From contig NC_092679.1 in NCBI RefSeq assembly GCF_964355755.1, positions 10,213,432 to 10,277,431 on the forward strand: a DNA stretch of 64,000 bases. Direction: 5' to 3'. Of this stretch, positions 24,255 to 36,200 are shown piece by piece. How positions within the stretch are numbered: position 1 is the stretch's first letter; the number at the start of each line of letters is the position of its first letter. The notes beneath the pieces were generated by a model. It was not told the origin of the DNA, searched no databases, and saw nothing but the letters and a program-made list of their open reading frames with translations. Source of the DNA: Antedon mediterranea. Its lineage: Eukaryota; Animalia; Echinodermata. A program made the translations under genes and the position numbers.

Positions 24255-25103
24255 ATGGCCAACGTGGAAAACAAAGAGCCAAATATTTCTAATTTAAATA
24301 TTAGCGCCGCTGAACCGAACACCTGGCTGTCGACTCTCATCAAGTCAATCATGGGCTGCAAAACCATTGCTGATATTAAATCTACATTATGCGACGCAGT
24401 CACCAAAATTGTCTCCTTGGAAAAAGACATTACCATCCTCAATCTTGAAATCACCGGTTTACAAAAAGAACTGAGGAATTTGCACGCCGATATGCAGGAA
24501 AATTCTGATTTCATGGATGTTAAGCTGAAGGATATTGCCGAGGATACGCAGCAATCCACTACGGAATGCATAGAAGAGATACGCGACAAAATCGACAACC
24601 TAGAAGGACGTCAACGCCGTAACAATCTGAGGTTTACTGGCATACCCGAACAAGCGGAGGATAGTGAAGGTACTGTTAATTTCCTTTCCTCATTTATTTC
24701 CAATACCACCGGCATCTAAATCGCTAATGATGATATACAACGAGCCCATCGAGTTGGACCACGTAATACCACCAGGGATAAACCGAGACCACTTGTTGCA
24801 TACTTTCTCAGATATTCCACTAAAGAAAGAGTACGCAAGGCAGCTCCAAAAGTGAGACCTAAATTTAAAGATAATAACATCTACGTAAATAATGATTTTA
24901 CCAGCAGAGTGATAAGTAGAAGAAAGGCATTATACTCATCGATGAAATACCTGCATTCCAACAAAGTAAAGGCCTGGCTCCACCTTGACAAATTGCGTTA
25001 CATAGATGCAAATGGTTATGTTCGCACATTCATCGACATGGATCATCTTGCCAAATACTACCCGAACCTCAAGGAAGCACATGCCCCCGTAGCTACTGAG
25101 TAA
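24255..25103 (+). pseudogene. LINE ORF1 (coiled coil plus L1-ORF1-like RRM/CTD) with one premature stop at 24717-24719
   Basis: IDNLEGRQRRNNLRFTGIPE...*..IQRAHRVG...KPRPLVAYFLRYSTKERV..IYVNNDFT..RRKAL. ORFs 24255 and 24852 are in the same frame. Confidence 0.85.
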
Positions 25104-25287
25104 TTCTAGTCGTCGCAATAATTTAAATTTACTTTGACTCTACTTACCGTCAACCGAAATATTACCTATAATATATTTTTATTTCAAGAATTGTTTATTT
25201 TGCTTCTCATTAATTATGTATTAATGTATACAGTCTCATGCATGCTTATTGCTGTATTTCTTTTTTAGATAACGCTATACGCAGCTA

Positions 25288-28200
25288 TTGTTAATGAATG
25301 TTAATTATCTTCACTTACTTCCTTTTTATGACTTTAATGTGAACTCTGAACTTACTAACAACAATGATATTTCTAACATAACCTTTAATCCAGTTAATTA
25401 CAATGAAAATGGCAAATATGATGAATCTTTTGATCAACTAATTAATAATCTCAATTCACAGTCAGTTACCCTAGATGAATGCAGCTTTTATGATTATTCA
25501 CAATTTAATTCTAAGTTTAATACATCCTTTAATACTAAACTATCTCTCTTGCATCTTAATATTAGAAGTATTACGCATAAAGTTAATGATCTCGAATGCC
25601 TTTTGAATTCAATTAATAACAAATTTTCCATAATCGGTATCAGTGAAACATGGCTTAATGAAAACTCCCCTATTCCTTTCATTAATAACTACTCCTTCTT
25701 TGCAAGCAATAGAAGCAATAATCAAATTGGCGGAGGAGTTGCATTTTTTATACGTAATGATATTAGCATTACAATTCGATATGACTTAAAATTACCAGAC
25801 GACCTTTCCGAATCACTTTTTGTTGAGATTGAAAATTCAAAGACAAAAAATGATATTATAGGCATTATTCACAGAGCCCCCTGTGGAGGGCTAGATTCTT
25901 TTACTAAATCCGTCGATAATGTATTAACCCAAATTAACAATGAAAACAAAAATTGTCATCTCATGGCATCTCATCTCAATATTGATTTATTAAAATTCCA
26001 TAACCATAAATTAACAAACACCTACCTAAATACCTTAATTTCCCATTCTTTTTTTCCAACTATTTCAAAACCAACTAGGATTACCTCAACTTCGGCCACC
26101 TTGATTGATCATTTTTATTCCAAACAATCTAACTATAAAATAGTTGCTGGTGTTTTACTTAATGATATCTCCGACCACCTTCCTATATTTCAGTTCATTG
26201 ATCAAGAAATTAATGATCAAAACCTTGATGATAATAGCGCCAACTATTCATTTCGTATAAACGACCTAAATGCCTTATCGATTGATTTAGAAGGTGAAGA
26301 CTGGTCTATGATATTTGATTGTGACCCAAGATTGAGTTTTGATATATTTATTGAAAAATTTACAAATATCCACTCCAGACATTTGGTTAAAAGTAGTATA
26401 AAATCAAATAAAACGTTTAAACAACCATGGATGTCATCTGCTCTCTTAAAATGTAGTTCTCGGAAACATAAACTTTATAACAAATATATGCACACACGTA
26501 GTAATAATGACAAATTAAATTATACAAAATATAATAATATTTTCACTAATCTTTGTCGCACTGCTAAAAAGAATTATTATACTTCCCAGTTTGATAGATA
26601 TAAAGGTAATCTGAAGAACACATGGCTTGTAATAAATTCTGTTTTAAATAAAGGTAATAATAATAACAGGCACCCGAATCTAATTAAAGACGGTGATAAT
26701 ATTTACAAAACTCAAAAAGAGATATGTGAATCGTTTAACAACTATTTTTCTACAATTGGTCCTAATCTTATTAATAGTATGCCAACTAATATAACTGATC
26801 CATTATCTTATCTTCATTCTGCGTTTGCCAACTCATTTTATATTAGCCCAGTTTCAATTGATGATGTTAACCTAACTATATACAATCTAAATTCTAATAA
26901 AGGGTCTGGATCTGACGGTATTACTGCTCGTGTCTTAAAATCTGTATCTCTCTTAATCATCCACCAACTTACCCATTGTATAAATTCATCTTTTTTATCT
27001 GGCACTTTTCCAACACACTTAAAACTAGCTAAAGTTGTGCCCATTTTCAAGAAAGGTGAACGAAGTCAATTATCTAATTACCAGCCAATATCACTACTTT
27101 CAGTGTTTTCCAAAATTATTGAAAAACTCATGTATTCTAAACTTTCTGATTATCTCACAAAATTTGATATACTTAATAAACGCCAATATGGTTTTCGAAA
27201 AAATCACTCTACATCCCATGCCGTTTTAGATCTTATTAATAATATTACAAATTCATTTGAATCAAAAGAAAATTTATTAAGTTTATTTATTGATCTTTCA
27301 AAGGCCTTCGATGTTATTAATCACGATAATTTAATTAAAAAACTTGAGTGCTATGGAATTAGAGGTATTTCATTGAATTGGTTTAATAGTTATTTGAAAG
27401 ATAGAAAACAATATGTTGCATTAGGATCTTGTACATCGTCGACGATGGATATTACTTGCGGAGTGCCACAGGGATCTGTGCTTGGGCCATTGCTCTTCCT
27501 TATTTATGTTAATGATCTGGCTAATGTCAGTAACAAATTGCAAGTAATATCCTTCGCCGACGACACCACCTTATTTTACTCTAATTCCAATATTGATTTA
27601 TTATTTACTACATTCAATGATGAATTAACAAAATTTTGTGACTGGTTTATTTCAAACAAATTACTTATTAATACTCTTAAAACAAATTATTTAATTTTTC
27701 ACAATTCTCAACGTAAACTAAAAGTTGATGACCTAAATATACTTCTTGGCGGAATTCAAATTGAACGCAAAACTGAAACACTTTTTTTAGGTGTATATAT
27801 TCATGAAAACCTCAAATGGACCAGTCATCAAAATTACGTTTCGAAAAAAATATCAAGATCTATTAGTATTATTAACAGACTTAAGCACTTCTTCCCTCTA
27901 AATATTTTAATTTCTCTTTATAACACACTTGTACTTCTTTATTTCCAGTATTGTAACATTATTTGGGCTGCAGATTACTCTTCTAATATTGCTAGATTAA
28001 CTAAATTACAAAAACGTGCAGCTAGAATTATTACTTTTTCACCATATAGAACCTCATCTGAACCCCTTTTTAAACGTCTTGGTATATTAAAATTAACGGA
28101 TATCCACAATGTTCAAGTTGCCAGTTTTATGTTTAATTATTTTAAAAACCAACTTCCTATTTCTATGATTGATATGCTCTGTAAACGTACCAAATTTCAC

Positions 28201-28389
28201 AATTACAATTTAAGAACTTCTCATTTAAACATTCCTTTTGCTAGACTTACAAAAACTAAATTTTTTATAACTATATCAGGTCCTAATTTGTGGAATCATA
28301 TCCCACCAAATATCAAAACGTCAATATCATTATTTACTTTCCGAAAAAAGTTAAAGAATCATTATATATCTAAATATTATACTGCTTAG
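25288..28389 (+). CDS. LINE ORF2, APE endonuclease plus reverse transcriptase, 1033-aa open frame (true start uncertain)
   Basis: HLNIRSI, IGISETWL, TLIDHFY, ISDHLPI (APE); QYGFR, FIDLSKAFD, GVPQGSVLGPLLFLIYVNDL, FADDT, FLGV (RT). Confidence 0.95.
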   Translation: MLMNVNYLHLLPFYDFNVNSELTNNNDISNITFNPVNYNENGKYDESFDQLINNLNSQSVTLDECSFYDYSQFNSKFNTSFNTKLSLLHLNIRSITHKVNDLECLLNSINNKFSIIGISETWLNENSPIPFINNYSFFASNRSNNQIGGGVAFFIRNDISITIRYDLKLPDDLSESLFVEIENSKTKNDIIGIIHRAPCGGLDSFTKSVDNVLTQINNENKNCHLMASHLNIDLLKFHNHKLTNTYLNTLISHSFFPTISKPTRITSTSATLIDHFYSKQSNYKIVAGVLLNDISDHLPIFQFIDQEINDQNLDDNSANYSFRINDLNALSIDLEGEDWSMIFDCDPRLSFDIFIEKFTNIHSRHLVKSSIKSNKTFKQPWMSSALLKCSSRKHKLYNKYMHTRSNNDKLNYTKYNNIFTNLCRTAKKNYYTSQFDRYKGNLKNTWLVINSVLNKGNNNNRHPNLIKDGDNIYKTQKEICESFNNYFSTIGPNLINSMPTNITDPLSYLHSAFANSFYISPVSIDDVNLTIYNLNSNKGSGSDGITARVLKSVSLLIIHQLTHCINSSFLSGTFPTHLKLAKVVPIFKKGERSQLSNYQPISLLSVFSKIIEKLMYSKLSDYLTKFDILNKRQYGFRKNHSTSHAVLDLINNITNSFESKENLLSLFIDLSKAFDVINHDNLIKKLECYGIRGISLNWFNSYLKDRKQYVALGSCTSSTMDITCGVPQGSVLGPLLFLIYVNDLANVSNKLQVISFADDTTLFYSNSNIDLLFTTFNDELTKFCDWFISNKLLINTLKTNYLIFHNSQRKLKVDDLNILLGGIQIERKTETLFLGVYIHENLKWTSHQNYVSKKISRSISIINRLKHFFPLNILISLYNTLVLLYFQYCNIIWAADYSSNIARLTKLQKRAARIITFSPYRTSSEPLFKRLGILKLTDIHNVQVASFMFNYFKNQLPISMIDMLCKRTKFHNYNLRTSHLNIPFARLTKTKFFITISGPNLWNHIPPNIKTSISLFTFRKKLKNHYISKYYTA

Positions 28390-31300
28390 TTAATATGCTT
28401 ATTATCATTATTTATACTCATATACTATTTATGTCTTACACAAAATATTAGTTGTTGTTTATTATTGCAATCTTTAATCTATACTATATATAATGTATAT
28501 ATAGTATATACTATATATATACTGGAATTATAATTTATGTATACATATTTTTTTTTCATTTACCAATATCGGTAGTTATTTCATTTATAATTATCATGAA
28601 ACTATTGAAATATAATTTAAATAATTTTTATAAAGAAGATGTTAGTTATGTTATTATACTGTAATTTTTTATCCTAAATTATATAATTATATATTCTAGG
28701 TTATTTTTATTTTTTTAGTAATGTGTTTTGTTATGGGTCCCTACGAGACAAGTTTTTAACTTCTAGAAGAAATCCATGATAATAATGACTACCAATTACT
28801 GCTTTATCTATGTTCACTTTAATATCTTTTTTCTATTTTGTATATATTCATTCATTATTATCTAAATAAATATTATCTGAATCTTATCTGAATCTGAATT
28901 ACTAGATTGTAATGAGGTCATATCATGCGACATAAGACCTGCAATACTTACTGAACATCAAGCAATATCTTTAAAGATTGGGTCTAATGAATCAAAAAGA
29001 GGTCGGGGCTATTGGAAATTAAATAATAGTCTTCTAAATAATGTTGAATATCAGGATACTATTAAAAAGATTATCAGAGGAACGCAAACAAATTATAATG
29101 AACTTAGGCTAGTATCAGTGTAGTGTGGGAAATAAAAGTCAAGAAAGTTTCCAGTTATTATGGTAAAAAATTAAACAGAGAAAAGATTAAAGATAAATAA
29201 ATATTACAAAAGTGTATTAAAACACAAAATGAGAAATTAATTAACAATTCGAGTATTGATAATGAAGAAATTGAGACAGAAATAGATCTAAAAACAAAGG
29301 AATTGGAAAATATTTACAGTAAAGAAGCGAAAGGTGCATATATACGATCAAAGGTTAAAGGAAGGTGAGCGTAGCACAAAATACTTCTTAGGTTTAGAGA
29401 AAAGTAATGGATCAAAAAAGCATATAAAATGTATTATGGTAATTTATTGAAAAAAAACAAAGAAAATCATATGTGAAGAACTAAAATTCTTTAAGAAATT
29501 ATATGCTAATAAGGGAATCTCCCAAGCAAATATAAGTGACTACCTAGATCATTTAAATGTAAATAGTTTAACAAATGAAGAAAAAACAAGTTGTAAAGGT
29601 TTAATCACAGTACAAGAATGCAGTGAAGCATTAAAACTTATGAAATTGAATACTATTGAGTTTTACAAATATTTTTGGGAAGAGCTCAGACATTTAAGAT
29701 GTTTTTAATGAAGGCTATTGAAATAGCGAAATGAGCAATACGCAAAGGTGTGGTGTTATTAATCTGTTATACAAAAAAGGGGATAAAAATCTACTAGAAA
29801 ATTGGCGTCCTATTACTCTGCTAACCACAGATTATAAAATATTAACACACATCCTTAGTAATAGGTTACATACGGTAATTAAATCTGTTGTAAATAGTGA
29901 CCAGAAAGGCTATATCAAAGGTCGTTTTGCTGGAGAAAACATCAGGCTCATTGATGATCTCCAATACTATACTGTAGTAGATGTAGAAGGTGCTTTTTTG
30001 TCACTTGATTTTAGAAAAGCATTTGACTCTGAGTAGAGAGTTTAAGATGTTGGAAGTATTTAATTTTGGACAGTCCTTTTGTAAATGGGTAAACACAATT
30101 TATAACAACACAGAATGTGTCATTGTTAACAATGGATGGGTATCTGAAAATTTTGAAATGATACGACAGGGATGTTCCTTGTCAGCATTACTATTTCTAT
30201 TGGTTGTAGAAACAATGGCAAGTAATGACCAACATTATAAAGGAATTTTGCTACCTGGTCCTATAAAAGAGGAAGTGCGTATAGCACAACTTGCAGATGA
30301 TACAGTATTGTTTGCAGGAAATAAAAAAGTATAAAAAGAGGTCTATTCATTGTTAATAATTTCTGTGAAGTATCTGGTTTAAGCTTAAACAAGAACAAAA
30401 CTAGTGCCATGTAAAAATAGATTTAAAAAAGATAAACCATTTAATTTAAATTGGGTCACTGATCTTATAAAAATCTTAGGAATATACTTAGGATATAATA
30501 CTGAATTATTTGAAGAATTAAACTGGGCTAAAAATGAACAAACCTTGAAAAAGTATTAAACTCTTGGAAATAAAGGAATCTTACAATTTTTGGAAAAGTC
30601 GCAGTTTTAACAAGTTTAGCTTTAGCCTCATTAATATACAATGCATCCATAATTGATGTGCCTGAAAGTGTTGTCAAAAGGATAACACAATTGTCTTATG
30701 AATTTCATGGGAATGGAAAAATGAAAAAATAAAAAGAAAAACATTAATTGGTAAAATAGTTGAGGGTGGCATTAATATGCCAGATTTTTCTACTCAAGTT
30801 AAAACACTTAGAATCACATGGGTAAAGAGAATTCTTAACTTAAATTTGTTGCATATCTCTTAAATTGTTGTATCAGGATATAGTATGTCGACATTTCGCC
30901 ATAGTAGGTCGAAAATTCTTTGTAGAAATCATGTAGAATGGAAAGTACTTCCACTGTATTACATAAACAATATTGGAAGTGAATATATGGTTTTGAATAT
31001 CTCAAACTTGGATATAATTCAAATATAATTAAAAAAAAGTTGTGCAGAATTTAATGCAAATATAAACAATAAGGTAAAATCTTATAATGTTATACAAGAA
31101 AACCTATGTGGTAATAAGGAAATTGTTTGTAAAAACACTAGCTTGTTTTATAAAACGTGGAGTAATGTAGGTTTTAATCAGATCAATGATTTAGTAAAAA
31201 TCAATAGACTAATGAACCCACATGAAAAGTTATTAAAATTAAATGTCAAAAGAAATTGGCTTAGTGAATATGCTACACTTATGAGAGCTATTCCTAAATG

Positions 31301-31896
31301 TTGGCTGGATTTAATAAAAAATTATAACGAAAATAGTTTTAAATTAAATTCAGATGATTATAGCATAAATAAGATATTTAAGATGAAAACAAAACAGATA
31401 TATTCAAGTTTTATAGAAGGTATGTTTGTTGCTCCTATTACCATTCCCAAATCGGAAAAAGAAATTGGTATTTAAATTACAAACTAGTTTGATATTTGGT
31501 CAAGAAAAGTAAAAAAATAAGAAAAACAAAAAAAATGCACAACTTAATAACAAATTGCTTCTTAGAATTTTACCAACAAATTTACAATTATTTAAATGAA
31601 AAATTAAAAACACAAAAAAATGTGAGTTATGTGATGTAACTGAGGATGAAAATCACATGTTTTTCAAATGTAAAAGCATTGTCTTACTATGGAAAAAAAT
31701 CAATGAAATATTTAAAAAGTTAGATAATAGTAACTGTTCTTTTGAAGAACTAGTTTTTAGGTCTGAATGCAACATAAAGAATAAGTTATACTCAATTGCT
31801 CTATATTCCATACCGGTATATAAAATAAAAATATTGTCAGAATTTAATAGGTCAATCTGTAAAAACTCATGGATCATGTTTTATTTTGAAGGTTAC

Positions 31897-32423
31897 TGTA
31901 AACAAGAAATATTTCTTACCAAAAACGCTGCTCGCTTATTGAAAAATATTTTTTATTTCAAATGTTTTTGAATGTGTCATTTTATTGTCACATAATAGTT
32001 ATTTTACCTGAAAAAAATGTAATTTAAAGCAACAAAATTAATACTTAAATTGTCTGTCAGACAATGGTTTTTGGGTTTCTTTTCTTTTTTTATATGTGAA
32101 TAAATATTATTTCACCAATTGTGAAGTATCCTATTACAAACACAAACTTTAATGGCCTGTTTCGATAATACTGTAATTCAATGAATATCTGAAAGTGAAT
32201 ATACCAGAAATGCTTAGGGATTTGTAATTTTAGCATGACATGTCCTAATAGACTCTTTCCCAGACGTTTTTTGGGTCTACTGTAGCAGCTGGAATCAATA
32301 AATTATAGTGGAGTTTCCATTTTCACAAAACTGTCTGTCCTTAGAACTATAACTGCTGCTTGCTTTAGCTTCTGATTGAGTAGTCCTAATGGGACGTAGC
32401 GGTCTAGAGCAGCAGCGTGAAAA
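31897..32423. repeat. Unclassified dispersed repeat; inverted copy at 51128-51733
   Basis: Near-identical reverse complement of 51128-51733. The second copy has an extra ~95 bp at ~51430-51525. Confidence 0.85.
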
Positions 32424-33207
32424 AGTAATTTGTACAAAAATGTAAATAGTGCAAATAAAACAGAAAAGAGAGAAAAAAGGAAAAACACTAAAAAGGAGAG
32501 TAAACAAAAATCACGGAAAATGCTATACTATACAAGAAACTAGATATTGAGTTGCTTTTGATTCTCTATATTTATTGATATTGTTTCAATTTATATGTAA
32601 TGTAAATGTATAAATAATCTCTTGCAGATTTTTGTTTAAATGTAAGGGGAAACTTAATATTTATAAATGAAAATATTTATATATTTAAAAAGATAATACA
32701 CGAAATGATTTCGAGGGAACGAAATAATATTTCGAGGGAACGAAATGATATTTTTTATACTACAATACATATCCTGGAAACACTGATAATAAATTGTAAG
32801 GCCTCGCACATAACACCGCCTTCGACCACAATGTCCCTTTCAATGCCGTTTTACGTGATTGGCATTATACTGTAGTGTATAAGCATAATTTGCATATAAG
32901 TGGATTAATACCACAACAATAGAGGGCGCACACTTTAACATGGCTCCCTTGCAAACGATACTAGAGATCTTTGCAAAACATAAAATATAATGACACATTA
33001 CAAACATTAAACAGCACGATCAAGTTATAAAGGCTCCACTGACGGGGATTTGAAACAATAATGAAATTACTTATGATTAAGACTTAAGGTCTATTCAATT
33101 AAAGATTATCATCAGTATAGGCGAATCGCCAAAATCCATATTATTCGCAATACATTTTATATAAGAGCATGGCTAACCATGATTCTAGTATTATCAAGTT
33201 CATAAGT

Positions 33208-36200
33208 TCAATCAACTGGCACCAACTGCAATAGTTTGTGCACAGGTCTTTCCAGCACGGATTGTCGTCGTCCAACGAAGACTGAAACCTTTCTTACGAG
33301 CCCGTCGTCGCTTGGATGCAGTGCAATAACCTTGGCTAATTCCCAGATGTTACGTGGAACGTTGTCTCCCTTCAAAAGCACTACGTCACCAACTTTAAAG
33401 TTTCTCTTTGGTGACGTCCACTTTGACCGTGACTGCATTGACGATAAGTATTCTTTTCGCCATCTACACCAAAACTCATTGGATAAGTGTTGCACTCGTC
33501 TCCATCGCCGTCTACAGTACATATCAGCATTCTGAAAGATACCTGGTGGAGGAACTACAACTTTATGTTTTAAGGTTAGAATGTGATTAGGTGTTAGCGG
33601 TTCCATTGAATTTGGGTCATTTAAGTTGTTAACAGTAAGGGGCCTGGAATTTACAATGTTCATGACTTCGGAAAGCAACGTACGAAAACATTCATCATCC
33701 AACTGGTTACCATGTATGTTGAGTAGAGGAGCCAAAGCATTTCTCACAGTACGAATTTGGCGTTCCCAAATTCCTCCCATATGGCTGGCGGACGGGAAGT
33801 TAAATTTGAAATGGATATCACAACCTTGGCCCACAAGATATTTCTTGACCTCGTCTTCATTTACGTTTTGCCATTCATTTCTGGCACCGACAAGGTTCCC
33901 CTATCCGAATGTAGTTCCACTGTAGGTAAACGGTGCAGAATCTGAAATCCTCTCAATTGGTAGGTCTGCCATCTTCTGGTTCGATAATTTACCCCTTAAC
34001 TTGCGGCAGATTACACAACGATGAACCAATTCGCCAACTGTAGATAGACCGTGGATTATCCAATAGCCTTGTTGTCGGACTTCATTTAAGGTTGAAACTT
34101 TCCCGGCATGGTTCATCTGCTCATGAAAATGTGAGATAATAAGCTTAGTTAAATGACACCTTTTCGGTAAGATCAAGGGATGCTTAACATCAAATGCAAA
34201 CTTGGAACGTTTTACTCTTCCCCCAACTCTTATAAGTTGGTTTTTATCTAAAAACGGATCTAGTCCATATAGAAAACTTGATCTTTTCAGCTGAACATCT
34301 GATTTACGATCCTCTTTCAATATTAACTTCCCACTTACTTGAATGTCATCTACGCAGGGTATGGTACAGTCAGAAGAAATCGATTTAAACATGCTACCCT
34401 GTTTTATATTAACTTTAGCGGCGTCCATCAGTCGTTTCTTACACATCAGACATCTAGCGATTACCCTGCGCAACCTGGTCCATGATGAGAAATTATTGCA
34501 TAAATTAATAAACCATTTCTGAAACAAATCTAAAGATATGCAAGTAGAAAATACACAAGTAGTCTTCCGCATCTCGTCTGAAATGTCAACATCAGCAGTT
34601 TCCACAAAAGATTCAGCAGTCGGTAATGGCTCATTAGTATGCAAGAATGGCGGTCCATTTAACCATGTAGAGTTCGTCAGCTGAACAATACTCACTTCCC
34701 CTTGTACCAGAGTCACTTGGATTAGATGCGGATGGAACGTAATGCCAATCACTGGTACTGGAGTGGTCATGAATTTGTTGTATGCGGTTAGATACAAATA
34801 CCTTGAACTTTCTTGCTTCATTTCGGATATACCCCAGAACAACTTTGCTGTCACACCAATAATAATGTGTAGCATCGTAAGCCAGTTCTCTCGTTATCAG
34901 TCCACTCATACGTGGAGTGGAGTTGTGGCCTGGTGGTTATGATGCTTGGCTGCCAATCCAAGGGTCCTGGGTTCAAGTCCTGTCATATGTCAGGATTTTT
35001 TCTAATGACAATTTACAACTCCACTCCCAAAGACTTGTAATAAAGACTTTGTTTATGTAGAGCATTGTGTGTATATGTTTGTCTCGTGAACAGATTGCCA
35101 CCTTTAAGAAGGATAGTGATTGAATTTGCTTATGGTTATCCTTGGCAATTTGCCTAAATATATAAAATAACAAAAATAAAACGTGCTGATAAGATTGCGG
35201 CAACAATTCCAACCTTGGAATGGTAGTGGTTTTGGTTTTTGGTACAATCCTGGATTTACCCAAAAGAAAAGATACGGACACTTGTCCTAGAGTGTTAATT
35301 AGTCTGATGTAAGATGATTGAGCATAAGCAAATTCACTTGCGTCTGAGAAAAAATGCATTTCTGCCTTGCTCACGGAACCAAAATCAACCGGTTTAAAAC
35401 ATCGTTTGACCTTAATGTTCTCGATTCCTGATATTATATCATTTCGCCATTTGGCCCACTTATGATACATCTCGTCTGGAAGTGGATCGTCCCAATCAAG
35501 CTGAGACATACACAACTCTCGTAGAATCAGTTTTCCAACAATCAATACAGGTGCCAGGAAACCAAACGGATCGTATACTGCACTTAAAGTAGAGAGAATC
35601 CCACGGCGAGTGACTGGATTATCTTTAAATTCCATTCGAAACTCGAACGTATCCGTTTCCACGCACCAAACAACACCAAGAGCACGTTCAATATGTAACT
35701 GGTCGTGTAAAGAAATCTCCTTCCAGTCGGTTGCTCTCAAATCTGTGGGAATTGAATTTAACACTTGTCTATTGTTAGTTACCCATTTATGCAATGTTAA
35801 ACCTGCCTTAGCACACATCTTAGTAGAAGAGTCGATCAATTGAATTGCATCAGCTTCCGATGGAAGAGATTTCAAACCGTCGTCGACGTAAAAGTCGTTA
35901 CGTATGAAGTCAGCAACTGGTTTACCGTATTGAGATTCACCATCATCAGCAGCCTTTCGTAGGCCGAAGTTAGCGACTGCAGGCGAACTCACTGCGCCAA
36001 ACAGATGTACAGTCATCCTATGTTCGACTATTTCTTCAGAACCGTCCTTCCACCATAGAAATCGAAGAAAGTTACGATCAGGCTCTGAAACAAAAAACTG
36101 GTGAAACATTCCTTTCACATCGGCTTGAATAGCAATTGGTTCCTTTCTGAAACGAGTTAAGACTCCAAATAAATTGTTAATCATATCGGGTCCCTGTAAT

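Larger units (their letters stand above)
24041..28900 (+). mobile_element. Full-length CR1-group LINE (5'UTR, ORF1, ORF2, 3'UTR, (AATCTG)n-like tail)
   Basis: Removing it rejoins the host Tx1 as AGG ATT GAT T|AC (RIDY). AATAAA and an ATCTGAATC tail at 28865-28900. At most a short ATT duplication. Confidence 0.92.
23377..31896 (+). mobile_element. Decayed Tx1/L1-clade LINE ORF2 (APE-RT-zf), interrupted by a CR1 element at 24041-28900
   Basis: ATG at 23431 MASNTLHCVSLNFRGLRN..IQETH..VNIYAPN..FTW..RID|Y..TEHQAI..GRGYWKLNNSLL..LLYKKGDK..NWRPITLL..DQKGYIKGR..LDFRKAFD..RQGCSLSALLF..QLADDT..CELCDVTEDENHMFFKC. Many frameshifts. Confidence 0.9.

Noticed and set aside
34915-34990. Functional tRNA-Gly gene
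   Set aside because: No proper acceptor stem; it is followed by a SINE body, an A-rich tail and a TSD inside a retrotransposon ORF.
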